Origin: Terriglobia bacterium
GTDB lineage: Bacteria; Acidobacteriota; Terriglobia; 20CM-2-55-15
Length of the DNA stretch: 64,000 bases
Reading direction: 5' to 3'
Assembly: GCA_965218585.1 (NCBI GenBank)
Contig: CBDCLE010000002.1
Location: forward strand, 160,001-224,000
A program made the position numbers and the translations under genes. Below, piece by piece: positions 41,453 to 50,633 of this stretch; positions within the stretch are counted from its first letter, which is position 1, and every line of letters begins with the position of its first letter. The notes under the pieces are model-generated. The model did not search any database and had not been told where the DNA came from. It saw nothing but the letters and a program-made list of their open reading frames with translations.

Positions 41453-41650
41453 ATGTACAAACTTAAGACACACAGGGGTGCGCGCAAGCGTTTCAAACTG
41501 ACGGCCACAGGAAAGGTGAAACGACGCCATTCCTTCGCGCGTCACATACTTACCAAGAAGTCACAGAAGCGAAAACGGCACTTGGGCAAAGCTGAGATTC
41601 TTGACAGCGCAGATTTTCAGAAGGTCCGGGAAATGCTTCCCTACGGATAG
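41453..41650 (+). CDS. rpmI: 50S ribosomal protein L35
   Basis: [19 protein letters not shown]...HILTKKS. Confidence 0.97.
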   Translation: MYKLKTHRGARKRFKLTATGKVKRRHSFARHILTKKSQKRKRHLGKAEILDSADFQKVREMLPYG

Positions 41651-41671
41651 GACGTTTGAGGTTTATTAGAA

Positions 41672-42037
41672 GTGCCAAGAGTTAAGAGAGGAACCAAGAG
41701 GCACGATCGCCGGAAAAAGATTCTGAAGGCAGCCAAGGGCTACTACCTGAACAAGAGTAAGCTCTTCAAGTTCGCCACTGAATCGGTCGATCGCGCACTC
41801 CAGTACGCTTATCGTGACCGTCGAACGCGTAAACGCGATTTCCGCCGGCTTTGGATCATTCGAATCGGAGCAGCAGCGCGCGAAAACGGCATCACCTACA
41901 ACCGGTTCATCTCCGGTCTGAAGAAATCCGGGATTGAGCTGGACCGCAAGGTTTTGGCAGACATCGCCATGACGGACCCGGCAGGTTTCGCCCAACTGGC
42001 AGAAAAGGCAAAGGCTGCTACCGGCGAAGCCGCATAG
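41672..42037 (+). CDS. rplT: 50S ribosomal protein L20
   Basis: [36 protein letters not shown]. Confidence 0.98.
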   Translation: MPRVKRGTKRHDRRKKILKAAKGYYLNKSKLFKFATESVDRALQYAYRDRRTRKRDFRRLWIIRIGAAARENGITYNRFISGLKKSGIELDRKVLADIAMTDPAGFAQLAEKAKAATGEAA

Positions 42038-42052
42038 TAAGCAGCCTGTGCC

Positions 42053-43090
42053 ATGGCTCCCGGTTCAGGAATCGACAAGCTCCACAAAATCGGCGAGCGA
42101 TTCGAAAAGGACAGAAGTTCGGTCACGGATCGCCGCTCGTTGGACGAACTCCGCACCCGATATCTCTCTCGCAAATCGGGTCTCCTGACCCTCGAGCTGC
42201 AGTCGCTTCGTTCACTCCCGAAAGAAGAGCGATCCGAATTCGGCAAGTTTGGCAACGAGTTGAAACAGAAGATCGAGGCTTCGATCACTGAACTGGAAAC
42301 TTCGATTGCTTCCCAAACCCGGGAGAAACAGATCGAGGAGGAAACCCTCGACGTCAGCCTTCCGGGTTCGGCCCCACCCATCGGACACCGACATCCGATC
42401 ACACTCGTCCGAGCCGAGATGGAGGATATCTTTGTTTCGATGGGCTACACGGTGGAGGATGGCCCGGAAGTCGAATCCACATACTACAACTTCGAAGCCC
42501 TGAACATACCTGCCGGACATCCGGCGCGCGATCCCTCCGATACCTTCTACGTCTCCGAGGAGCTGGTGCTCAGGACCCACACGTCGCCCGTGCAGGTAAG
42601 GACGATGGAGCAACAACAGCCCCCGATCCGGATCATTTGTCCGGGTCGCGTCTTTCGGCATGACGACCTGGACGCAACGCATTCACCGATGTTCCACCAG
42701 ATCGAAGGGTTGGTGGTCGACAGCGGCATCAACTTCGGGGATCTGAAAGGCACTCTGGAGCTCTTCCATCACCGGTTCTTCGGTGAAAAGACTGAGACAC
42801 GTTTTCGGCCAAGCTTCTTCCCTTTCACAGAGCCCAGTGCAGAAGTCGACATCTCCTGTCCTTTCTGCGAAGGGAATGGCTGTCGTGTATGCAAGCAGAC
42901 CGGCTGGATCGAAATGATGGGTGCAGGCATGGTGAATCCAGTCCTCTACAGCTTCGTCAACTACGATGCGGAACGTTACAGCGGGTTTGCTTTCGGGATG
43001 GGCATCGACCGCTATGCGATGATGAAATACCGCATCAGTGACATACCCTTGCTTTTCGAAAACGACTTACGTTTTCTCGAACAGTTTTAA
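42053..43090 (+). CDS. pheS: Phenylalanine--tRNA ligase alpha subunit
   Basis: HPARD, LRTHTSPVQ, FHQIEG, FPFTEPS, GFAFGMG. Confidence 0.98.
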   Translation: MAPGSGIDKLHKIGERFEKDRSSVTDRRSLDELRTRYLSRKSGLLTLELQSLRSLPKEERSEFGKFGNELKQKIEASITELETSIASQTREKQIEEETLDVSLPGSAPPIGHRHPITLVRAEMEDIFVSMGYTVEDGPEVESTYYNFEALNIPAGHPARDPSDTFYVSEELVLRTHTSPVQVRTMEQQQPPIRIICPGRVFRHDDLDATHSPMFHQIEGLVVDSGINFGDLKGTLELFHHRFFGEKTETRFRPSFFPFTEPSAEVDISCPFCEGNGCRVCKQTGWIEMMGAGMVNPVLYSFVNYDAERYSGFAFGMGIDRYAMMKYRISDIPLLFENDLRFLEQF

Positions 43091-43098
43091 CGAACGAA

Positions 43099-45120
43099 AT
43101 GCGAATCAGCCTCAATTGGCTCCGGGAATACGTCGATACCCCAGAGGACGCCTCTCGACTGGGCGAGAAGCTTTCTCTCTCAGGCCTGGCAGTAGACGAG
43201 ATAGAAGAAAGCGGGGACGACCTCATTCTCGAGTTGGACATCACGACAAACAGGGGAGACTGCCTCTCACACCTGGGCGTGGCTCGGGAAGTGGCGACAA
43301 TCTACGGAACCCGCGCTCGCCTCCCCAAGATCGAAATTTCCGAAACAGGGCATCGCGCCGATGCTACGTTTTCGATTTCGATTGCCGATGAGGATCTCTG
43401 CAAGCGCTACTGTGGCCGTTACATCGAGGGCGTGACGATTGGGAAATCCCCCGACTGGCTTGTCCAGCGTATTGAAGCTGTGGGCATACGCTCGATCAAC
43501 AACGTCGCTGACATCACCAACTATGTCCTGATGGAGCTGGGGCACCCGCTGCATGCTTTTGATGCCGACACTCTCGGAAACAACCAGATCATAGTTCGAC
43601 GAGCGGAACCCGGCGAGAAACTCACTACGCTGGACGGTGAAAAGAGAGAACTGAACTCGTCGATGCTGGTCATTGCCGATGCAAGGCACGCGGTTGCGTT
43701 GGCCGGCGTCATCGGCGGCGAAGAGACTGAGATCTCCGCGTCTACAAAGAACGTTCTGCTGGAGTCTGCCTGGTTTGATCCGCTGTCTATTCGTAAGACT
43801 GCGCGGGCGGTAAACACCAGCACCGAAGCCTCCTATCGTTTCGAACGCGGGGCTGACATCGAGATGGCCGCTACAGCCTGCGACCGCGCTGCTCAGCTCA
43901 TCGCGGAACTGGTTGGCGGAAAGGTCTACGAAGGCGTCATCGATGTTTATCCCGCGGAGAAGAATCAGAGACCGAAGGTCCATCTGCGGAGGAAACGTAT
44001 TCGCGAATATCTCGGCATGGAGATACCCGATGACGAAGTCACACGTATCTTCACGGGGCTGGGATTCGATGTCGGTGTGGGGACCGACTCGAAGAGTTGG
44101 ACCGTTGGCGTCCCAAGCTATCGCCACGATGTTTCCCGAGAGGAAGATCTGCTCGAGGAGATCGCACGCATCCACGGCTATGACCGCTTCCCGTCGACAC
44201 TGCCTGCATGGACCGGACAGGGAGAGCGACTCCCCTGGCATGTAGAAGAAACACGGATGAGAGACCTGCTGGCCGGTATGGGATATTCGGAGGCCTGTAG
44301 TCTTGCTTTCAGCGACAGGAACATCGAAGAACGATTCGCCCCGGGAGTCGAACCTGTTGCTCTCCAGAACCCACTCTCTGAAGAAGCACCTATCCTGAGA
44401 ACGTCTCTGGTTCCAAGCGCACTGCGCTCGATTCAGTGGAACCTCAACCGTGGCTCACAGAACGTACTGCTATACGAGATAGGCAAAGTCTATCCGGCTG
44501 CGGGCGAAAACCGACGGCTGATCATCGCCCAAACCGGGACGGCGCGGTCCGGATTCATTCACCACGCGCCGCTTGAAGCCGATTTTTACAATCTGAAAGG
44601 AAACGTCGCAGCTTTGTTGGGCAGCTTTGCCGTCGAAGGAGAAGGGTCAACAAACGACCTGCCCGCCCACTACCATCCGGGCCGCAGCATTCGGATGGGA
44701 TCGGTAGCGACGCTGGGCGAGCTGTCCCAGGAAGCGACCGATCTCTTCAAGATTCGACAGAAGGTTTACGTGGCCGAGCTCGCAATCGAAGAACTCTACC
44801 GCGCGGGGCTCAGGAACGTTGCAGCGGCAGCGATTCCGAAGTACCCTGCCATACGACACGATCTATCGCTACTGCTCGATCGAAAGATTCGATACTCCGA
44901 GGTCCTGGCGGCCATCCGGGCAGCGGAAATCGCCGAGCTTGTCTCGATCGAACCGTTCGACAGGCTTAACGCGGGCCCATTCCCCGAGTCGTGTTACAGC
45001 CTCGCGGTAGGGCTCGTGTATCAGTCGTCGGAACGCACATTGACTGACGCTGAAGTGGGCGAGTTCGATCGGACGATCCTTACCGAGCTCGGGGGAATCG
45101 GAGTGAAGCTACGGAGTTAG
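43099..45120 (+). CDS. pheT: Phenylalanine--tRNA ligase beta subunit (short form without B2 OB-fold)
   Basis: NRGDCLSHLGVARE, INNVADITNY, SYRFERG, EEIARIHGY, RTLTD. Confidence 0.96.
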   Translation: MRISLNWLREYVDTPEDASRLGEKLSLSGLAVDEIEESGDDLILELDITTNRGDCLSHLGVAREVATIYGTRARLPKIEISETGHRADATFSISIADEDLCKRYCGRYIEGVTIGKSPDWLVQRIEAVGIRSINNVADITNYVLMELGHPLHAFDADTLGNNQIIVRRAEPGEKLTTLDGEKRELNSSMLVIADARHAVALAGVIGGEETEISASTKNVLLESAWFDPLSIRKTARAVNTSTEASYRFERGADIEMAATACDRAAQLIAELVGGKVYEGVIDVYPAEKNQRPKVHLRRKRIREYLGMEIPDDEVTRIFTGLGFDVGVGTDSKSWTVGVPSYRHDVSREEDLLEEIARIHGYDRFPSTLPAWTGQGERLPWHVEETRMRDLLAGMGYSEACSLAFSDRNIEERFAPGVEPVALQNPLSEEAPILRTSLVPSALRSIQWNLNRGSQNVLLYEIGKVYPAAGENRRLIIAQTGTARSGFIHHAPLEADFYNLKGNVAALLGSFAVEGEGSTNDLPAHYHPGRSIRMGSVATLGELSQEATDLFKIRQKVYVAELAIEELYRAGLRNVAAAAIPKYPAIRHDLSLLLDRKIRYSEVLAAIRAAEIAELVSIEPFDRLNAGPFPESCYSLAVGLVYQSSERTLTDAEVGEFDRTILTELGGIGVKLRS

Positions 45121-45127
45121 AAACGTA

Positions 45128-45382
45128 ATGAAATCTGGAGCGAAAGACGCGCTCGAAAAATTCAAAGCTCTTGAGGACCACATAAGTTGGGTTCTGGACT
45201 TGCTGCGGAAGACCCGCGGAGAGAGGGAATCGGCCGAGAACGAACTCCGAGAAGCGCGTAGCCAGATCAAACTGCTCGAAAAGGAAATTAGTGGTCTACA
45301 GAAGGAACGCACTCAGGTCCGGGGCCGTGTTGAGAGCCTGATCGAGAGTATTTCCGATCTCAACGAGAAGCAAATTGTCTAA
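45128..45382 (+). CDS. zapB: Cell division protein ZapB-like coiled coil
   Basis: Heptad-rich, ERTQVRGRVESLI; located between pheT and zapA. Confidence 0.75.
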   Translation: MKSGAKDALEKFKALEDHISWVLDLLRKTRGERESAENELREARSQIKLLEKEISGLQKERTQVRGRVESLIESISDLNEKQIV

Positions 45383-45677
45383 GAAAGAAAGAGACGTCGT
45401 CGTCGTCGAAATCGAGGTTTACGACCAAAAATATCCGCTGCGCCTGAGCACGCCGGCCGAACGAAAAGACATCCTGCAACTGGCCGAGGAAGTGGATCAT
45501 CGAATGCGTGAGATTGCTGACCAGACCGGCACAGTCGATTCGCTCAAGGTAGCCATCCTCACGGCCCTGCACCTGGCCGAAGAAACTCGTACTAAAGATG
45601 GCGGTTCGAAAAAACTCGAATCTGCAGTCCGCACGGGCACCAAGAAGTGGATCGCCGCGATCGAGAAAGAACTCTGA
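45375..45677 (+). CDS. zapA: Cell division protein ZapA
   Basis: VEIEVYDQKY, LAEEVDHRMREI, KVAILTALHLAEE. Confidence 0.9.
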   Translation: MSKKERDVVVVEIEVYDQKYPLRLSTPAERKDILQLAEEVDHRMREIADQTGTVDSLKVAILTALHLAEETRTKDGGSKKLESAVRTGTKKWIAAIEKEL

Positions 45678-45710
45678 CCTGCACCCGAAAGACCCTTGAA
45701 CAGATCCTTC

Positions 45711-45856
45711 AACGCAGAGGCGCAGAGACGCGAAGCTCTTAGGTCGCCCCCAGTTTCTCTTACCAGCCTCGTGGGTTTTCTACGACGTCGTTGCTAACCC
45801 GAACTAACCTTAGTGAACTGGCTGCAGGAACCTTGTCTTTCTCTGCGTCTCTGCGT
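45711..45856. repeat. Periodic hairpin repeat, copy C, with an enlarged (~100 nt) loop
   Basis: AACGCAGAGGCGCAGAGA...TCTCTGCGTCTCTGCGT. Confidence 0.72.
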
Positions 45857-45894
45857 CTGATCCGTCTTCCCTCTTGGTTAATCTCACGGGTTGT

Positions 45895-45924
45895 TTGACG
45901 TGGTTTCAGACATTCACCTACAAT
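45895..45924 (+). promoter_or_regulatory. Sigma70 promoter of 6S RNA
   Basis: TTGACG-N18-TACAAT. Confidence 0.7.
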
Positions 45925-45929
45925 CAGGG

Positions 45930-46110
45930 TGGCCCTGCAAAGTACGTGTTGGTACCAACATTATTTGACCTTAGTCTTATTTGAAGGGGTCCGATTCTCG
46001 CGTGGTGTGCGAGTCATCCCTACGGGTTAATGGTTCCCTGAAGCGCGGATAGGACACCCACCCTGTTTTCGACAGGTTCAAATAAGCGGTGCCACACGGC
46101 CAAGCGGGGT
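45930..46110 (+). ncRNA. ssrS: 6S RNA
   Basis: About 180 nt at the conserved locus between zapA and ymdB. Ends pair (CCCTGC/GCGGGG, GTGTTGGTACC/GGTGCCACAC, TTATTTGA/TCAAATAA), with a central bubble, an upstream promoter and a trailing T run. Confidence 0.85.
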
Positions 46111-46121
46111 TTTTTATTTTT

Positions 46122-46898
46122 ATGAAGATCCTCTTTATCGGTGACATCGTGGCTAGGGCAGGGAGGGAGGCCCTCCGCGATCATCTCGAGTCAATCAAGC
46201 GGGAGTACTCGATCGACTTCACGATATCTAACTGCGAAAACGCGGCCGCCGGTTTTGGTATCACCCCGAAGATCGCCGATGAATTGCTGGGCTGGGGGGT
46301 GGACGTACTGACCTCAGGCAACCACATCTGGGACAAAAAAGAGATCCTACCGTATTTGGATTCACAACCCCGGATTCTTCGACCCATCAACTATCCACCC
46401 CCGAATCCAGGACATGGTGTGGTTGTCGTCGAGACAGCGGGTGGGGAACCTGTTGCAGTGGTAAACGTCCAGGGCCTGTCGTTTATGCCATCGATTGACG
46501 ATCCGTTTCGGGCGATCGAAGAAGAGTTGACCCGAATTCCCGAACACGTCCGGGTGGTCGTGGTCGACATGCACGCGGAAGCAACCGCGGAAAAGGTGGC
46601 CATGGGTTGGTATCTGGATGGAAAAGTGTCGGCTGTCCTGGGAAGCCACACCCATATCCCGACTGCAGATGAGAGGATCCTTCCCGAAGGTACGGCCTAT
46701 CAGACCGACGTCGGCATGACCGGGCCCTTCGATTCTGTCATCGGAATGAGCCGGGAATCGGTAATGGAACGGTTTCATAGGCAGGTCCCGGTCCGGTTTG
46801 AACCGGCAACCGATGACGCCCAGGTAAATGCTGCCGTCATCGATGTGGATTCAGGAACGGGCAAAGCCCTCTCAATCCAACGGGTCCGCCGCGGCTAG
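46122..46898 (+). CDS. ymdB: YmdB/TIGR00282 family metallophosphoesterase
   Basis: MKILFIGDIV, ENAAAGFG, TSGNH, DMHAEAT.EK, GSHTH, TDVGMTG. Confidence 0.94.
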   Translation: MKILFIGDIVARAGREALRDHLESIKREYSIDFTISNCENAAAGFGITPKIADELLGWGVDVLTSGNHIWDKKEILPYLDSQPRILRPINYPPPNPGHGVVVVETAGGEPVAVVNVQGLSFMPSIDDPFRAIEEELTRIPEHVRVVVVDMHAEATAEKVAMGWYLDGKVSAVLGSHTHIPTADERILPEGTAYQTDVGMTGPFDSVIGMSRESVMERFHRQVPVRFEPATDDAQVNAAVIDVDSGTGKALSIQRVRRG

Positions 46899-46925
46899 AT
46901 ACGATAGGATGATGCAGAAATGCTT

Positions 46926-47008
46926 AACCGAGAGACGCAAAGGACGCTGAGGACGCAGAAGCAGACAGAAAATAGATTTCGGTCTCTGCGTCTGTGCGCC
47001 TCTCTGTT
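46926..47008. repeat. Periodic hairpin repeat, copy D
   Basis: AACCGAGAGACGCAAAGGACGCTGAGGACGCAG...CTCTGCGTCTGTGCGCCTCTCTGTT. Confidence 0.72.
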
Positions 47009-47037
47009 GGATCCGGCCTTCTAAGTTTCCAAGGCTT

Positions 47038-48405
47038 ATGTTCGAAAACTTATCTGACAGGCTCCAGAAGGTCTTCAAGAACCTTCGTGGCGAAGGCAAA
47101 CTCACCGCCGAGCACATTGAGGAATCTCTCAAGGAAATACGGATGGCTCTGCTCGAGGCGGACACCAATTTCAAGGTCGTCCGCCAATTCACCGAGCGCG
47201 TCAAGGAGAAGGCACTCGGGCAGGAAGTCCTTCAAAGCCTCACCCCTGGACAGCAGGTCATCAAGGTTGTTCGGGACGAAATGGTGGAGATGCTGGGTGG
47301 AGAGACGGCCAGGGTAGGGTTCGCGTCCCAGCCACCCACCGTCATTCTGCTGGTCGGTCTCCAGGGATCGGGCAAGACAACCACCAGCGGAAAACTCGCC
47401 CGGTGGCTTCAGAAACAGGGTCACCGCCCCATGTTGGTGTCGGTAGACGTTTACCGGCCGGCGGCCCGCGACCAGCTTAAAGTTATCGCGGGTGAGATCA
47501 AGGCACCTGTATGGGAAGGCGCCGACGGTGATGGCCCGCTCAAGCTGTGCCAGCAGGCCCTACAGGAAGCCAAAGACACCGCGCACGACGTACTGATCAT
47601 CGACACGGCCGGGCGGCTCCATATCGACGAAGAGTTGATGGGGGAGTTGACCCAGATCAAAGACTCCCTGAGTCCCCAGGAAATCCTGTTCGTGGCCGAT
47701 GCAATGCTTGGTCAGGACGCAGTTCGAAGCGCTGAAGAGTTCCACGGGCAACTGGGTTTTACAGGTTTCATCCTGACAAAACTGGACGGCGATGCCCGCG
47801 GCGGTGCGGCCTTATCGATCAATTCGGTCACAGGCAAACCGATCAAGTTCGTAGGTACGGATGAAAAATACGAAGCGTTGGAACAGTTTCATCCGGACAG
47901 GCTCGTGTCCCGAATCCTGGGAATGGGCGACATCCTCTCGCTGATCGAGAAGGCCGAAGAGACGATCGATAAGGAAAAGGCCCTCGAACTTCAGAAGAAG
48001 GTCCTGAAAGACACTTTCACGCTGGAGGATTTTCGCGACCAGCTGAGGCAAATTCGAAAAATGGGTTCCCTGGAACAGATCCTGGGGATGCTACCCAGCA
48101 TCGGGCCGTTCAAGGACATGGCCAACGTTCAGGTGGATGAGAAGGAACTGGGGCGGACCGAAGCCATCATCGACTCGATGACGCCTAGGGAACGCCGTAA
48201 CCACCAGATAATTAACGGGAGCCGGCGGAAGCGGATTGCGAGGGGAAGTGGGACCTCGGTCCAGCAGGTGAACCAGCTTCTGAAGCAATACATCCAGACC
48301 CGCAAGATGATGAAGAGCATGACGGCAGACGGAACCAAGAAAGGAAAAAAGGGGAAAAAAGGCAGAAGAATGAGAGGTTTCCGGATGCCGCAGATGCCGA
48401 TGTAG
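47038..48405 (+). CDS. ffh: Signal recognition particle protein
   Basis: GLQGSGKTTT, DTAGR, TKLDGDARGG, RILGMGD, SRRKRIARGSG. Confidence 0.98.
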   Translation: MFENLSDRLQKVFKNLRGEGKLTAEHIEESLKEIRMALLEADTNFKVVRQFTERVKEKALGQEVLQSLTPGQQVIKVVRDEMVEMLGGETARVGFASQPPTVILLVGLQGSGKTTTSGKLARWLQKQGHRPMLVSVDVYRPAARDQLKVIAGEIKAPVWEGADGDGPLKLCQQALQEAKDTAHDVLIIDTAGRLHIDEELMGELTQIKDSLSPQEILFVADAMLGQDAVRSAEEFHGQLGFTGFILTKLDGDARGGAALSINSVTGKPIKFVGTDEKYEALEQFHPDRLVSRILGMGDILSLIEKAEETIDKEKALELQKKVLKDTFTLEDFRDQLRQIRKMGSLEQILGMLPSIGPFKDMANVQVDEKELGRTEAIIDSMTPRERRNHQIINGSRRKRIARGSGTSVQQVNQLLKQYIQTRKMMKSMTADGTKKGKKGKKGRRMRGFRMPQMPM

Positions 48406-48548
48406 GCGCCTGCCTCGCGGTTGGGCGCCCCCTCGGCGCTCAGCCCTCGGCCAGATCCGAATCGGGACGACAGTCCCACCGGCTGAACTGATAGCCGAGG
48501 TCTGAGGGGTCGGGGCCGACCAATTCCTTATTGACGCCGTTTTCGCTA

Positions 48549-48578
48549 TTGACGCCGTTTTCGCTGGAAAACTATAAT
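48549..48578 (+). promoter_or_regulatory. Sigma70 promoter of the rpsP operon; the -35 region lies in an 18-bp tandem duplication
   Basis: TTGACG-N18-TATAAT; TATTGACGCCGTTTTCGC twice at 48529-48564. Confidence 0.75.
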
Positions 48579-48675
48579 TTTAGGATATTTAGCAGGGACT
48601 CCGAGAGTCTTCTCGACTGCGGTCGAACGGCTCGGTGTCTCCTGTAGTATTGATAACTATTTAGGAGGCCGAATT

Positions 48676-48915
48676 TTGGTAGCGATGCGTCTGACCCGGA
48701 TCGGGTCGAAGAAGCGCCCTTATTACAGAATCGTTGTGATTGAAAAGAAACGGGCGCAAAACGGCCGCTTCCTGGAGGTTCTGGGCCAGTACAACCCCCT
48801 TTCCGACCCTGCCCATATTGAGGTCAATGAGGATCGGGCCCGCTACTGGCTGTCCAAAGGAGCAAAGCCGTCTGACACCGTACGAAGCATTCTGCACAAG
48901 AGGGAAATTGTGTAG
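48676..48915 (+). CDS. rpsP: 30S ribosomal protein S16
   Basis: RLTRIGSKKRPYYRIVV, G.YNP, YWLSKGAKPSDTV; AGGAGG with TTG start. Confidence 0.97.
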   Translation: MVAMRLTRIGSKKRPYYRIVVIEKKRAQNGRFLEVLGQYNPLSDPAHIEVNEDRARYWLSKGAKPSDTVRSILHKREIV

Positions 48916-49000
48916 CGCTTAGCAGTCCGTCGGGAAGTCCTCACTCAAGTTTAGTCTGCTGGCTCGAACACGTTCCCTTGATGCTGTACTTGGAGGTGAC

Positions 49001-49231
49001 ATGAAAGAGCTCATTGAACAGATCGCTAAAGCGCTTGTGGACAATCCCGATGAAGTCGTTGTTCGCGCGGTCGAAGGGGAACAGACGACTGTTCTTGAGT
49101 TACGCGTTGCTCAGAGTGACCTCGGAAAGGTGATCGGCAAGCAGGGCCGGACTGCACAATCCATTCGAACCATTCTCAGCGCGGCCGGAATGAAGCTGAA
49201 GAAACGGTTCACGCTGGAAATCCTGGAGTAG
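49001..49231 (+). CDS. khpA: KH-domain RNA-binding protein
   Basis: [21 protein letters not shown]. Confidence 0.95.
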   Translation: MKELIEQIAKALVDNPDEVVVRAVEGEQTTVLELRVAQSDLGKVIGKQGRTAQSIRTILSAAGMKLKKRFTLEILE

Positions 49232-49235
49232 CGCC

Positions 49236-49769
49236 ATCAGCCGCCAGGAAACTCTCGTTCCCATCGCCAGCATCACACGAACCCAGGGCCTTAACGGCAT
49301 GGTTCGCGTCCGAATCGAATTCGATGATCCGCGGCTATTCGAAACCGGACGGGCTGTGATTCTGACGCTCGAAGGAGCGCGGGAAAGAAGAGTTGAAACC
49401 GAAATCGAACTATTTCGATTTCAACACGGACGTTGGGTCGCAAAGCTGAGGGACATCGATTCAGTTTCCGAAGCCGAAGAATGGATCGGGGGACGGATCT
49501 GGATTCCCAAAGACGAGTGGCCTGAAGCAGAAGAAGGCTCGTTCTTCAGCTTTGATCTGGAAGGATGTGCGGTCTACGCCGGGGAAGAATTGATCGGAAC
49601 GGTGGTAGGAGTCCTCGATTACGGAGGCACCACACTGTTGAGGCTTGATCGCAATGACGAGGAAATACTGGTCCCCTTTGCTCGGTCGTTTCTAAAGAGG
49701 ATCGATACCGAAGGAAAACGAATTGACGTCGAGCTGCCCGAGGGCCTGATCGAACTGAACCGAAAATGA
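49236..49769 (+). CDS. rimM: Ribosome maturation factor RimM (start probably upstream of the listed ATG 49299)
   Basis: FFSFDLEG, IGTV, LVPF...F...ID; conserved N-terminal IASITRTQGLNG lies upstream of ATG 49299. Confidence 0.9.
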   Translation: MSRQETLVPIASITRTQGLNGMVRVRIEFDDPRLFETGRAVILTLEGARERRVETEIELFRFQHGRWVAKLRDIDSVSEAEEWIGGRIWIPKDEWPEAEEGSFFSFDLEGCAVYAGEELIGTVVGVLDYGGTTLLRLDRNDEEILVPFARSFLKRIDTEGKRIDVELPEGLIELNRK

Positions 49770-49776
49770 AAATTTC

Positions 49777-49862
49777 AACGCAGAGACGCAGAGACGCAGA
49801 GGAAGAAAGAATCTTCATCTCGGATTTCACTGCATCCTCTGCATCCTCTGCGCCTCTGCGTT
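49777..49862. repeat. Periodic hairpin repeat, copy E
   Basis: AACGCAGAGACGCAGAGACGCAGAGG...CCTCTGCATCCTCTGCGCCTCTGCGTT. Confidence 0.8.
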
Positions 49863-49887
49863 GGTTCGAATATCAAGTTGGTTGGAC

Positions 49888-50610
49888 ATGTCGACGCTGA
49901 CAACATTCGACATCATTACGATCTTCCCGGGGTTTTTCGAAGGTCCGCTCAACCACGGAATCATCCGCAGGGCTCGGGAACGTGGACTGGTTGACACTCG
50001 GGTTCACGATTTGAGAGATCACACAGAAGACCGCCACAACACGGTCGATGACCGGCCGTTTGGGGGTGGCGAAGGCATGGTCCTGAAACCGGAACCGATC
50101 TTCGACGCGGTCGAGACGCTTCCCAGGGCTGGAGAATCGATTGAAATCGTCGTGCTTGGGGCATCGGGCCGTCCTTTTTCACAGGCTGAAGCGCTCAGGC
50201 TATCGAAGGCCAATCAGATTGTTCTGATCTGTGGCCGCTACGAAGGCATCGATGAACGTGTAGTCGAACACCTCGCAACAACAGAGATATCTATTGGAGA
50301 CTACGTTGTTTCGGGAGGAGAAGTGGCTGCGGCCGTGGTCGTCGACGCGGTTACCCGTTACGTGCCGGGTGCCGTTGGTAAAGAGGAATCGATCCTGAAG
50401 GATTCTTTTTCCGATCCCGGGACTATCGGTACGCAGGTGGAACACCCCCATTACACCAGGCCAGCGGAATTTCGTGGTCTGCGCGTCCCAGACGTCCTTT
50501 TGTCGGGTAACCATGCGGCTGTTTCCGAGTGGCGAAGCAGGGAATCCCTGAAAAAGACATTGAAGAATCGACCGGACCTGATCAGTGCCGGCGAACTCGC
50601 TGAGGGCTGA
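49888..50610 (+). CDS. trmD: tRNA (guanine-N1)-methyltransferase
   Basis: VDDRPFGGGEGM, CGRYEGIDER, SIGDYVVSGGE, YTRP, LLSGNH. Confidence 0.97.
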   Translation: MSTLTTFDIITIFPGFFEGPLNHGIIRRARERGLVDTRVHDLRDHTEDRHNTVDDRPFGGGEGMVLKPEPIFDAVETLPRAGESIEIVVLGASGRPFSQAEALRLSKANQIVLICGRYEGIDERVVEHLATTEISIGDYVVSGGEVAAAVVVDAVTRYVPGAVGKEESILKDSFSDPGTIGTQVEHPHYTRPAEFRGLRVPDVLLSGNHAAVSEWRSRESLKKTLKNRPDLISAGELAEG

Positions 50611-50633
50611 TTGCTCGAACGAAGTGAGGCATT

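Noticed and set aside
43099-45120. Short PheT as a deletion pseudogene
   Set aside because: The frame is intact, and PheT lacking the B2 OB-fold is a known natural form in several lineages.
48410-48525. SRP RNA (ffs) next to ffh
   Set aside because: Lacks the conserved domain IV motif (CAGG...GGAA...AGCAG) on either strand.
28566-49862. Periodic hairpins as integron attC sites or CRISPR repeats
   Set aside because: Copy D has RYYYAAC...GTTRRRY ends, but the copies lie singly between core genes, are not regularly spaced, and no integrase or cas gene is present.
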